Assembly (NCBI GenBank): GCA_951406725.2 | Contig: OX597830.1 | Coordinates: forward strand, 18,352,001 to 18,416,000 | Origin: Octopus vulgaris | Taxonomy: Eukaryota | DNA: 64,000 bases | Direction of reading: 5' to 3' | Shown here: in pieces, positions 52,442 to 64,000 of the stretch | How the letters are laid out: the number at the start of each line of letters is the position of its first letter | How positions within the stretch are numbered: position 1 is the first letter of the stretch | Program-made: the position numbers and the translations under genes | Notes under the pieces: model-generated | The model's database searches: none | What the model was told of the DNA's origin: nothing | What the model saw: the letters and a program-made list of their open reading frames with translations, nothing else

Positions 52442-52740
52442 TACATATATATGTATGTATATGGGGAAGCTCTCTGACACACACACATGCAAACATGGAA
52501 AAGTGGATATTAGAACAAAGTCAATGATGATATGCTTTTTTTTTTTTTTTTTTGTATAGTCTCAGGCGTGGCTGTGTGTTAAGAAACTTCCTTCCCAGCC
52601 TGTGGCTCTGTAGTACAAATGTCTTATTTTCATAAGTTTTGAATTAAAATCTTCCACCAAACCTTAGTCACAATTTATGTTCCTAACACCAGCTAAATGA
52701 TAACTAAGTTATTTTACTAAGTTCTTTGTTATATTTAAAA

Positions 52741-53123
52741 CTAGCAGTATCGCCCGGTGTTGCTCAGGTTTGTAAGGGAAATAAGTATAAAGCATTTTTA
52801 GAGAGTTATAGCCAAAAAATAGCAAAAAAATGGGAAAAAAATGATGGTAAATTTTTTTTTGAGTTAAAAAAGGTGGAGTTGCGTCCCCTAGATGGTCTGT
52901 GGTTTGGGTTTCTGATTCTCGACCCCATGTCGAATTTATCGATTTTTTTCAGAACTGGGGGAACTTTTCAAAATTTTCACTGCGTTAGTTTTGAATTATG
53001 ACATTGGGCTATGTGTGTGTCAAGTTTCATCAGAATCGGTTGAAAGCCGTGGTCAGAGTGAGGGTACGAGAAAACAGACACACAGAAAACGCACAGACAA
53101 GCTGCCGTTTATATATAGAGAGA
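52741..53123 (-). mobile_element. Non-autonomous Helitron inserted in a P1 MITE (~52600-53178)
   Basis: Minus strand A|TCTCTCTATATATAAA ... hairpin ... CTAG|T. Removing it restores the MITE sequence atatttaaaa-ttaattgaaag with no TSD. Confidence 0.85.
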
Positions 53124-53525
53124 TTAATTGAAAGAAATACAGAACATCTCAACAGAAATACAGTAACAAAATGGTTAAATCAAATCTGTAATAAAAAGCA
53201 TTCTCTCAGAGACCATCCCATCCTTTCGTGAGTATGTCGGACTACATTATCCAGTAAGATACAAGGGCATGTTTTGTGTGAGTTAGCTGCTATTTCAGTA
53301 GACTGGTCACTACATTAGAAGCAGCCTTGGTTCATGTGTGCAATTTATTTTATGCTCACTCATGTGAAATAGTATATCTGTATTAGTACCTGCAGAAAGG
53401 TAAGCGTAACAGGTAGAGAGAGAGAGATACAGGCATAGATAAATATATGTAGTCATATATACATACAGAATGTCTTGTCAATGTTTGTATACATATACCT
53501 TACTCTCATCACTGAGTGTGTGTAC

Positions 53526-53556
<31 letters not shown>

Positions 53557-53558
<2 letters not shown>

Positions 53559-53847
53559 ATAAATAATATTAGGGTAATAAGAATTATAGAAATTATTATT
53601 ACCAGTGGCCTAGCACAAAAATAAATAGTCAATAGACTATATATTTTTTGACATAAAAATATCATGTACATTAGAACACATTAAGGGGTTTCCAAATAGG
53701 AAAGCCTTGTGCTAGAAAGAGCAGTAGAAAACTCAAACCACTAATTATGGATAAATTCTCGAAAGGATTGAAAATTTGCTCTTTCTAGCACAAGGCTTTC
53801 CTATTTGGAAACCTTAATGTGTTCTAATGTACATGATATTTTTATGT
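53557..53847 (-). mobile_element. PLE-like (TA)n-embedded element with ~72-bp inverted arms
   Basis: Arms 53651-53723 and 53777-53847; the tail weakly resembles 2080-2179. Confidence 0.6.
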
Positions 53848-53868
53848 ATATATATATATATATGTGTA

Positions 53869-53911
<43 letters not shown>

Positions 53912-53919
<8 letters not shown>

Positions 53920-54181
53920 TTATATTAAGTGCATTATTACTATACATAAATGCCTCATACTAGGAGGGACTCTTAAAGTCACCCTCGCGTTTGGTACAAT
54001 GTGGTTATAATAGTAGTTTTGACTTTAAGAGTCCCTCCTAGCGTGAGGCATTTATGTATAGTAATGCACTTAATATAAATAAATATATTTATAGGGAATA
54101 ATTGATAAATTTTTCCCTTATGAGGATTTTCATGTTAACTACTTGATAAATTCTGATGAAGATTTTATCCTATATTTATAT
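53912..54181 (+). mobile_element. PLE-like (TA)n-embedded element with ~68-bp inverted arms
   Basis: Arms ~53912-53981 and 54020-54088. The tail reverse complement aggataaaat..tttatcaagtagtt..agggaaaaatt matches 2080-2170. Confidence 0.65.
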
Positions 54182-54664
54182 AAGGCATTTTTCAGACACT
54201 TACAGTCCCTGTTAGTGTATAAGTATTCATTCATGTGCATTAACTACAGCACTAGAACATTTTAGCTCTTATTTCTAGCAATATAGGTATTTTTTAACAC
54301 CTTAGTCACATTTAGCGACAATTATAATTCTCCTTTTTGGTGAAACATTGCAACCTGTGTTGTTTACATTAAGAGTCGAGCTTACCATCGTGAAGTTGTG
54401 ATTTCAAATCCTGGACCAGGCTATGTGTTGTGTTCTTGAGCAAGACACTTTATTTCACGCAGCTCCAGTTCACTCAGCTGCAGAAATTATCCCTTGGATA
54501 AACATCAATGGCATAGAGAGGGGAGGCCGGTATGCATGGTCGACTGCTGGTCTTCCATAAACAACCTTGCCCAGACTTGTGCCTGGGAGGGTAACTTTCT
54601 AGGTGCAATCCCATGGTCAGTCATGACCAAAGGGGGCCATCGCCCCCCCCTCTCTCTCTCCATA

Positions 54665-55061
54665 TATATATATTCCTGTCGAAAGACCCTTGTCCTACGT
54701 CCTGGTTTTGTTTTGTTGTTTATTTTTTATACTTTATTTTTACCGTTATTGTTTTTACGTTTTTGTATTCTTATTGTTGTCACGTATTCTGTATTTTTGT
54801 TCGTGTACTTCGTTCGTTTTCCGTCCTCGTGTTGTATACATTCGAAGCTTTCTTCCAGGGGATCTAATGCACTTGGCTTAGATTTCCCGTGGCGGGCTGG
54901 CCATATCGGAGCAATCTCAAGATTAATCAGCCGAAATTGCTAAGATGATCTGGTTCTTGACTGATGACTGAGGGCTTCGAATGTCCCGTCCTGTGGTTCT
55001 TGTGTCGTCTCTGTGGCGTTTCATGTTCTTGTCCATGTCTGTAATTATTTTTACTGTTTAC

Positions 55062-55062
<1 letters not shown>
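54665..55062 (+). mobile_element. Unclassified (TA)n-embedded CpG-rich repeat
   Basis: TA flanks on both sides, T-rich 5' half, several short hairpins, and similarity to 32618-33210. Confidence 0.55.
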
Positions 55063-55104
<42 letters not shown>

Positions 55105-55394
55105 TACACACACACACTTGCATTGTTTGTTCATATAATTCCATATTTTCATTAGAGCATAGCTTGGATGGGAACTTGCTTGAGGCAGAATTTTATGGCT
55201 GACTAGTTTCCTTGCCACCCAACCCTTACCTGTTTTTCAAGTAAGGGATTTCATTTTTACTAGTCTTTGAAAGCACAGAGTGACCAGTCGAAAAGTCAGC
55301 AAAGAATCCAAACATCAGTAGCATTTTGCTCAAACAATGACAAACAAATCCATACAGACACATACAGTTCCCTCTTATATATGCAAATATTACA

Positions 55395-55725
55395 CTTGTA
55401 CTTGCGGCGACATTCACCCTGGGTGGGTTGAGTCGGCTTTTTAGAAGAAGTTTCGTGGGAATATGTGGATTTCACAAGTGGTGCCCAACAATTTCACATG
55501 CAGAGACATCCTGTTTGCCGCAGATTGTCCGCAGACGCAGGGACAGAACGACCGAGGAGCCACCGGTTGCCGAAACAGACACTCCGAGGATTTTCACCTG
55601 AGCCCCGTCTGCCGGGTTGTGGCCCTAATACTACTCAGTATCAAACCAATCCGCCTTGGGTGGCCCTACCAAGAACTGAAGTTCCCGACGGCATAGCACT
55701 GACACTACCCGTTACCAGCGTCCCC
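55395..55725 (-). mobile_element. GC-rich insert resembling an RTE-clade LINE 5'UTR
   Basis: Minus strand gctatgccgtcgggaac-ttca-gttcttggtagggccacccaaggcgga resembles, from memory, the 5'UTR motif of RTE/Expander elements. Confidence 0.45.
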
Positions 55726-55984
55726 ACCACACACACTTCACCAATATATATTGGTGAAGAATGTAAAGAATGGTAAGAAGATTATGAAAAGTGGTGCACA
55801 ATGAATAAAAGACCTTTTTGGTGTTTGTTTTACACTGGGTTACAGGTATTCCCTTATCACCTTCCTCATCAAAGATGCAGTGAACCGGTGACTGGGTCAC
55901 AAAGAAACATGTATCCAATAATGCTTAACGAACTGTAATAGAAAATAAATCAACCACATAAATAGCATGCACACATTTATTTAT

Positions 55985-56750
55985 TTTTTATTTGTTTCAG
56001 TCACTTGACTGCCGCCATGCTGGAGCACCGCCTTTAGTCGAACAAATCAACCCCAGAACTTATTCTTTGTAAGCCTAGTACTTATTCTATCGGTTCCTTT
56101 TGCCGAACTGCTAAGTTATGGGGGACATAAACAGACCAACATTAGTTGTCAAGTGATGGTGGGGGCACAAACACACATATATATACGACAGGCTTCTTTC
56201 AGTTTCCGTCTACCAAATCCACTAACAAGGTGCAGGAGTGGCTGTGTGGTAAGAAGCTTGTTTACCAACCACATGGTTCCGGGTTCAGTCCCACTGCATG
56301 GCACCTTGGGCAAGTGTCCTCTACTATAGCCTTGGGTCAACCAAAGCCTTGTGAGTGGATTTGGTAGGCAGAAACTGAAAGAAGCCCGTCGTATATATGT
56401 AAATATATATGTGTGTGTATATGTTTGTGTGTCTGTGTTTGTCCCCCCAACATCACTTGACAACCGATGCTGGTGTGTTTACGTCCCCGTAACTTAGCGG
56501 TTCGGCAAAAGAGATCGATAGAATAAGTACTAGGCTTAAAAAGAATAAGTCCTGGGGTTGATTTGCTCGACTAAAGGCTGTGCTCCAGCATAGCCACAGT
56601 TAAATGACTGAAACAAGTAAAAGAGTAAGGCTTTGATCGGCCCAATGCTATAGTAGAAGACACTCACCCAAGGTGTCACACAGAAGGACTGAACCTAGAA
56701 CCATGTGGCTGGGAGGCAAGCTACTTACCACACAGCCACTCCTGCACCTG
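55985..56750. mobile_element. Minus-strand family A SINE with a plus-strand family A SINE (56229-56627) nested inside
   Basis: The outer copy breaks at ccactaacaagg and resumes at aaggctttg. Confidence 0.85.
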
Positions 56751-56891
56751 TGTGTATATTCTTTTACTTGCTTCGGTAATTGAATCGTGGCCATAGAAAG
56801 ACACTCCAGCACTAATTTTAAATCTGCTACCCTTCTTCCATCACCCTCCTTTTGCTGAACTCCTAAGTTACAGGGTCATAAACAAATCAGT

Positions 56892-57126
56892 ACCTATTTC
56901 TTTACTACCCACAAGGGGCTAAACACAGAGAGGACAAACAAGGACAGACAAACGGATTGAGTCGATTATATCGACCCCGGTGTGTAACTGGTACTTATTT
57001 AATCAACCCCGAAAGGATGAAAGGCAAATTTGACCTCGGCGGAATTTGAACTCAGAACGTAGCGGCAGATGAAATACTGGTAAGCATTTCGCTCGGCATG
57101 CTAACGATTCTGCCAGCTCGCCGCCT
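56892..57126 (-). mobile_element. Family B SINE
   Basis: Reverse complement of the consensus. Confidence 0.85.
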
Positions 57127-57559
57127 TTAGTCTCAATCAATACCTGTTGACAAATGGTTGAGAGACAAACGCAAGCACATGCAGACACACATATACACAC
57201 ATAAGTTTATCTCGAGCAAGAGAAAAAGTACTCAATACATGTGTATTGTACATGGTATAGAATATAATTATATTTATTCAGCTGATAAAATGAGTGTGTT
57301 GATATTTGTGCACTTAATATGAGTGTGTGCATGTGTATGTGAGAGGGAGTATGTGTATGTAATTGGATACTTACATGCTGATATGTATGTGTATGATAGT
57401 TTATTATGTGCGTGTCTGTATGTGTGTGTGTGTATATATACAGGCCCTCGTTCCAGAGGAGCAGATCAAGACACTTGGAATGACACAATGAGACTAAACT
57501 GAAGAATATGAAGTAGTTTACTAAGTCTAAACTGGGGCCAGGTAAATCCGGACCCACTT

Positions 57560-58388
57560 CTGTAGTTGGTTGGTGGTGGAGGTGGTGGTGATGAGGTGGT
57601 GGAGGTGATGAGGTGGCGGTAGTAGTTACTGTAATGAGAGGGTGGTGGAAGGGGGATAGGAGGTGTCACTGACCGTGTGAGAGCGGAGGAGGAATGGGAG
57701 TAAGACCGCAGGGTGGGGTGGGGGAGATTTGATGGGAGTGTAGGGCATGAGAAGTGCTAAAAGGGTTGTGGATGTTGGATGTTGGGTGAGGGGATAGAAG
57801 CCGATGTATAAAGGGAGGTGTTGAAATAGAGAAAGCGAGATGGGCAGAGAGACAGGCAGAAGCGAGTGATAGAAAGACAGAGTGACAGGTAGGAAGAGAG
57901 AGGTGGATAAAGAAAGAGACAGGACACAGAGATTGATAGAGACAAAGCAGAGAGAGAGAAGTGGTTATAAAAAAGAGAGAGAGACAGAGAAGAACATTGA
58001 GAATGTATAGTAGCTGCAAAAAAGGAGGAAGGAAGAGATGGAGGGAAAGAGGCAGATGTAGAGAGAGACAGATAGAGAAAGACAGAAAGAAGGAAAGAAA
58101 TAGTGAGAAAGCCGGTATGAGTGACTGAGAGGGGAACCAGAGAAAGATAGAATAAGGAAGACTGGGATTTCGAGAAGGATAACTGCAGAGTAAGTGCATG
58201 TATGAGTGTGTTTGAAGATAGATAGATAGATAGATAGAGAGAGGGAGAGAGAGAGATGAATGGAATAAGAGGAGGGGGGTAAGTTTAGAGATGGATGGAG
58301 AACAAGGGAATGGAAAAGGACCATTATATATAAAATGTGTGTGCATACGTGAGTATATATATGTGAGTGAGTATATATATATATATGT

Positions 58389-58452
<64 letters not shown>

Positions 58453-58640
58453 GAAGAGAAAGATAGTGGGGGATGGGATAGGAGAAGACCTGGATAGTGT
58501 GGGAATGGGAGTGAAGTGGATAGACAGACAGGCAGACAGACAAAGAGGGGGGAGTATACAGGAGGGAGTTTCTTAGCAGGTAAGGAAAGAAAAAAAAAAA
58601 AGCAAGCAAGGAAAAAGAAAAAAAGAAAAGAAAAAGGCAT
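57560..58640. other. ~1-kb purine-rich low-complexity tract with (CA)n, free of recognisable TEs
   Basis: Strong G/A strand bias seen directly. Confidence 0.8.
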
Positions 58641-59174
58641 GTGTTGCTCTTTAGTAGTGTGGGCGAAGCCATCCGAGCAGAGGCAGAGAGCCTAGGTCTG
58701 TTTAAGTGTAGGGATTTTCATATGACACAACAACAACAACATGAACACTATGAGTGTCGTGTGAAATATTACCACCAACGGGAACTGTTTTACCCCCTTA
58801 ATTAATATTTGGAATGGATTTTAAGTAAGTAATTCATATTTAATGATTATGATCCTGTCCCACAATTTTTTTTCACTCACTCCCTCTCTCTCTCTCTCTT
58901 TCACTCTTTCTTTTTTTCTTGACTAATTACACTGGGAAGTTACTTTCGGTATTCTGCCTGGTATTTAATTTTTTTCAGAATATCATTAAAAAAAATTTTT
59001 TTAAATTCCTACCGGAATTTGTAGCCCCTCTTCACGGAGTTCAAATCTCATGGAGGACAACTTTGCTTTTATCCTTTCACTGTCAATAAAACAAACTTCT
59101 GGTCAAATACTAAGGTTGTTGGCATCTCCTAACTCCTCCCTTAAAAGTACTAGCCTTCTGCCTAAATCAAAAAC

Positions 59175-59211
<37 letters not shown>

Positions 59212-60579
59212 GTTGTTGTTGTTAAGGTGTGGAGCTGGCAGGTGAAAGGCGTAGCAGCATTGAAGCTGTCTTTACTTCATGAGTTCAAATTCCACAGTGG
59301 TTGATTTTTGCCTTTCATCCTTTTGGGGTCGATAATATAAAGTACCAGTGAAACACAGGGGTCAAAGTAATTGACTGGTTCCCTCCCCCAAAATTTCAGG
59401 CTTTGTGCCTATAGTAGAAAGGATTATTATCATTATGTTCCACACGGGTTGACTTCGCCCTTCATCCTTTCGGGGTTGATAAAATATGTACAAGTTGAGC
59501 ACTGGGGTTGATATAATTGATTTACCCTCCCCCCCAAATTGCTGGCCTTGTGCCAAAATTTAAAACCACCTTCATCATCATCATCATTCTGATGTTTTAT
59601 CATTATTGTTAGGGTGTTTGACAAAATACCTTGTGGAATTTATTTTTTATATTCTGAGTTCAAATGCCTATGCAGGCCAGCTTTCCTTATCGTCCTTGCA
59701 GGATTGATAAAATATGTACCCTGCCCTTCTCCGTCAAATACCAGGATTGATTTAATTGACTAAACTTACTCCTTAAATTTTTGGCCTTGTGGCTGGCTAT
59801 CTTAGAAGTCATTAATTACTATAATTATTATTATTATTATACGTTATCAGAACTATTGTCCTGATTTGTTATTTCAAATCACACCAAAATCACACCAAAT
59901 TTGTTAGTTCAAATCACACCAAAATCACAGTTGATTAATTAAACAACAATCAATTCGCCTTTTTTCTCACCCCATCCACTAAATTTCTGTCCTCACACCC
60001 ATGGATAAAATCAACATCATCATCATCATCATCATCATACAGCATACCATCACTTCTGTCCCCCCCCACGCCAACCACAATTTGTTATTTATCGACAGTC
60101 TTCCTGTCTGTATCTCTCTCTTTTATTGTAAACAAGTGTTTGGTGTTTTTTTTTGGCAAACACCTTCAAGTTTACAAATACTAGGATGAAGAGACATTCC
60201 ATTACTTACTGTATTACCCCATAACTGTAGATGATTTGAGCAAGAAAATTTCCCTTTCAAACAGCCTGGAGTATATAAGAGAGGCTCCATCTACATATTA
60301 TGAATGAAAACATTTATTTCTTCCTATTTTATTATAACTCACTCTAACTTCAACTTTGTTTTTGTTTTGCCAGTGTTTTAACTCTTTTACACTCTACAGC
60401 TGATGGCAGGCAGTAATGTTTACTAGAAACTATTGCTGCTACTATTACTTGTCAATCAGAGTCTCTCTACATAGTCTCATTCTGCTAGAAGTAGCAGCCA
60501 AATCTTCATTATTATGGTTTACTATCTTCAAAATTAACAAAAAAAAAAGTGAGGGAGAAAAATTAGATAATGTAATTCT

Positions 60580-60746
60580 AGGCACAGACATGGCTGTGTG
60601 GTTAAGAAGCTTGCTTTGCAATCATTTGGTTTCAGGTTCAGTCCCATTGCGCAGTACTTTGAGCAAATGTCTTCTGCTTATAGCCCTGGGACAACCAATG
60701 CTTTTAAAGTGAATTTGGTAGGTGGAAACTGTGTGGAAGCCCATCG

Positions 60747-60785
<39 letters not shown>

Positions 60786-61000
60786 TAGTTTTTGTTTATT
60801 TTCCCTCCACTACTGCTTGACAACTGTTGTTGGTTTGTTTACATCCCTGTAACTTAGCAGTTTGGCAGAAGGGCCCAGTGGAAAAAGTAGCAGATTTAAA
60901 ATCAAGTACAAGAGTACTTGAGTTGATTTGCTCAACTAAAACTCTTCGAGGCAGTGCTCCAGTGTGGTCGCAGTCCAATGACTGAAACAAGTAAAGGATA
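60580..61000 (+). mobile_element. Family A SINE (older variant)
   Basis: Diverged consensus match. Confidence 0.75.
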
Positions 61001-62336
61001 AACGATAAATACATTCCAGTACATTCCAGGATGGCAACTTCTAGAATGTCTCTGACCTCAGACTAAATAACAATTCCAACCTTTGTTATCATTATTATTA
61101 GTACCACCGTGTCAGGTGACCAGCTGGCAGAATCATTAGCACTTAAGACAAAGTGCTTAGCAGCATTTCATTTGCCTTTATGTTCTGAGTTCAAATTCTA
61201 CCAAGGTTGACTTTGCCTCTCATCTTTTTGGGCAAGGGGTCAATAAAATAATTACCAGTTGAACCCTGGGGCTGATCTAGCTAGTATCTCTCCCCCGAAA
61301 TTGCTGGCCTTGTGTCAAAATTTGAAAGCATTATTAATACTGCTGTGTTACCAAAGACTAGGTCTTAGAATTTACATAACACACAGACAAGACAATTGTT
61401 TCTTCTCTTTATTATTTCAAGAATTAGAGCCATATAGAGTTAACATAGTTTGTGTTGGATTCTATCCTGATAAGACAAGGGAGGAGAAAAAGGTTTCTTC
61501 TAATGAGTGAGGGGGATCAACCATCTCAAGGGAATCTCTGATATTGCGTAACCAGCTAGAAATAGCTAACAAATTTACCTCAAATTACACCCTACCATTT
61601 TAAAGAAAAGCTATATACACTGAATAATGTAGTTTTAGATGCATTATCCCTGGGATGGAGACGAAATGGTTATGGCTGAGATACAGGCTTTGTGATGATC
61701 CCATTTGGACTGTGGGCCTGCTCAATCAGAAGCAACCTGGGGTTGAGCAAAATTAAAAAGGAAATTATAAACCCATATCTTTGAATAAATATAAAATTGA
61801 AAATTAACAAAATTACTTTGATTTTAGCACAAGGCTAGCAACTTTAGGGGACTGGGGGTTAATTACATATCAACCCCAGTTTTTTAATTGATAACTAATT
61901 TTATCAATCCTGAAAGGATAAAAGGCAAAGTTGAGCTCAGTGTGATTTGAACAGGGAATTTAAAGAGCCCCCCAAAATAGACAAAGAATGTTAAAGGCAA
62001 GACAGATAAGAGATAAGAATAGGGATAAGAATTCAACAATTTTCAATTAGACTGCCATAATGTAAAATATCCTCCTGTGTAGGAGACCATCCCACTAATC
62101 ACTGAACCACAGCCATCAACAAGGGAGTCTCTATGTGGTTGTTTGGTCTGCTAGAAATAGCAACCAAGCCTCAAATCACACTCTAGCATCTTAAAAAGGA
62201 AAAGGGCAAAAGGAACATTTGATGAGGCAGTCTGACATACAAACATTATGTTTGAATAAAACATAGGACGGTCAGAAACTAGAATAACTTTCCTCAAGAA
62301 TTTATTTGATCAGGGTTGACTTGAGCAACAACAACA

Positions 62337-62711
62337 GTGGAGGTGCAATGGCCCAATGGTTAGGGCAGCGGACTCACAGTTGGAGGATCACTGTTTCGAT
62401 TCCCAGACCAGGCATTGTATGTTTATTGAGCGAAAACACCTAAAGCTCCACGAGCCTCTGGCAGGGGGTGGTGGCGACCCCTGTTGTACTCTTTCGCTCC
62501 AACTTTCTTTCACTTTTTCTTCCTGTTTCTTGTCCCCGACTTCCTATGCAACCGCTGAGCCTGGAAGCTCATTCATCCATCCGTCGATGCTCTCGGTGTC
62601 GGGGGTTGACCAGCTTTCTCTTCTGCGGGTCTTACGAATAGCAAACGACCACATTTCGGACTTCTCTCACTAATGGGACGAAGACCGCTTCGCTCAACAA
62701 ACAAACAAACA
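62337..62711 (+). mobile_element. tRNA-Arg-like SINE (OR-type), tail variant 2
   Basis: Head and middle are shared with 36216-36517 but the 3' half differs; (aaac)n tail; 13-bp TSD agcaacaacaaca. Confidence 0.8.
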
Positions 62712-62986
62712 AGCAACAACAACAAAAGCAACTGGAACAAATATATTATTTTTTTATCTTTTATTAGTTTCAGTCCCTGGATTGTGGCCATGCTGGGACA
62801 CTGTCTTGTAAGATTTAGTCAAACAAATCGACCCCATAACTTTATTTTTTTTCTAAGTCCGGTACATATTCTAATGGTCTCTTTTGCCAAATCTTTAAGT
62901 CATGAAGACATAAGCAAACCAATACCAGCTGTCAAGTGGTGGGTGAGGCAAACACAGAGATACACACATACACACACATATATATA

Positions 62987-63203
62987 TGAGGGAGTGCTGA
63001 AAAATTGCTGGCATTGAGGGTGTCACGAAAGGCCTGGTGAGAGGCCCAAAGTTCTGAGTTCTCTTACAAGGCTTAAAAAAACTGAAGGACCACTGCAATA
63101 AGTGTGTGAATCTGAAAGAAGAATATGCTGATTAAAATCATAATTAACTGATCCTCCTGTATTTTCTTTTACCCAAAGCCAGGAACTTTGCAGCACCTCC
63201 TCT
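62987..63203 (+). mobile_element. Mariner-derived MITE (internal deletion derivative)
   Basis: TIRs tgagggagtgctgaaaaattgctggc / gccaggaactttgcagcacctcctct with TA flanks. Internal GLKKLKDHCNKCVNLKEEY resembles the mariner C-terminus. Confidence 0.75.
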
Positions 63204-63732
63204 TAAACACAACAGGCTTCCACACAGTTTCTATCTACCAAATTTACTCAAAATTTACTCAGCTGAGGGCAATTGCAGAAGACACTTGCCTAGTTTGCTA
63301 TACAGTAAGACTAAAAATCCAAAATCATGTACTTGCAAAGCAAGCTTTTTAACTACATAGCCTGCTCCTATACTTACATGTGTGCCCTGAATGCTGAGCA
63401 GTAAAGATAAATACTGCAATGAGATGAATCTGTGATATATAGGAATATTTTCCAGAACTGGTGGCTCCTAGACTAAGCCTTGTGTCAAATCAGCTGATGA
63501 GTAAATCCTTCACATTTAAGTAAATATGATATCATCGTCATCATCATTTTAGCGTCCACTTTTCCATGCTTGCATGGGTTGGACAGCATTTATTGTGGCA
63601 AATTTTCTATGGTCAGATGCCTTTTCTGTTGCTGAGCAAGATAATATTTTCCCCTGACCAGACATGTTTTTGCAGAATATTGGAAATGAATGCATTTATT
63701 TACAACAGTATAGGTGCAGGCGTAGCTCTTAC

Positions 63733-64000
63733 AGGCACAGACATGGCTGTGTGGTAAAAAGCTTGCTTCCCAACCACATGGTTATGGGTTCAGTCTCACT
63801 GCATGGCACATTGGGCAAGTATCTTCTACTATAGTCTGAGGCCAGCCAAAGTCTTGAGTGGATTTGGTAGACAGAAACTGAAAGAAGCCCATCGTATATG
63901 TGTGTGTGAGTGTGTGTGTGTCTTTTTCCCCCTCCCCCATCACTGCTTGACGACTGGTGTTGGTGTGTTTATGTACCTGTAACTTAGCAGTTTGGCAAAA
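63733..64000 (+). mobile_element. Family A SINE cut by the window end
   Basis: Head and body match the consensus. Confidence 0.8.

Noticed and set aside
54895-54941. HDV-like ribozyme topology (crossed helices and CGAA)
   Set aside because: No convincing P3/L3 or P1.1; kept only as a generic structured segment.
54955-54995. ctgatga...cgaa as a hammerhead
   Set aside because: No stem II, GAAU instead of GAAA, and no stem I pairing.
57666-58672. 324-aa and 235-aa minus-strand ORFs
   Set aside because: They read through a pyrimidine-rich strand and (TG)n; low-complexity L/S/F/VC runs with no domain.

Overview
This is AT-rich, microsatellite-dense eukaryotic DNA. The SINE families match my recollection of octopus SINEs (OK/OR, CORE and Nin/Deu types), so the source is probably Octopus; that is an inference, not a database result. 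I recognise no intact host protein-coding gene, and almost all track ORFs are microsatellite or SINE artefacts. The window is a nested transposon mosaic: a very abundant ~390-bp tRNA-derived CORE-like SINE (family A), a ~230-bp Nin/Deu-domain SINE (family B), two tRNA-Arg-like SINEs, RTE LINE 3' ends, a decayed Tc1 with TIRs, mariner relics, piggyBac-, hAT- and Merlin-type MITEs, Helitrons and Helentron-type elements. The most notable signal is a set of short non-coding, mostly (TA)n-embedded, Penelope-like elements. Three have inverted arms and a shared tail. Three minimal type-I hammerhead ribozyme motifs occur in such inserts: a canonical one at 2351-2418, a decayed one at 47899-47940, and one at 48599-48649 with a compensatory G3:C8 core swap (GUGAACA). 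Also notable are templated inverted duplications flanked by direct repeats, a filled/empty MITE site pair, a probable SINE 3' transduction, dimeric SINEs and a structured RTE-like 5'UTR motif. Coordinates were counted by eye; repeat boundaries are approximate.
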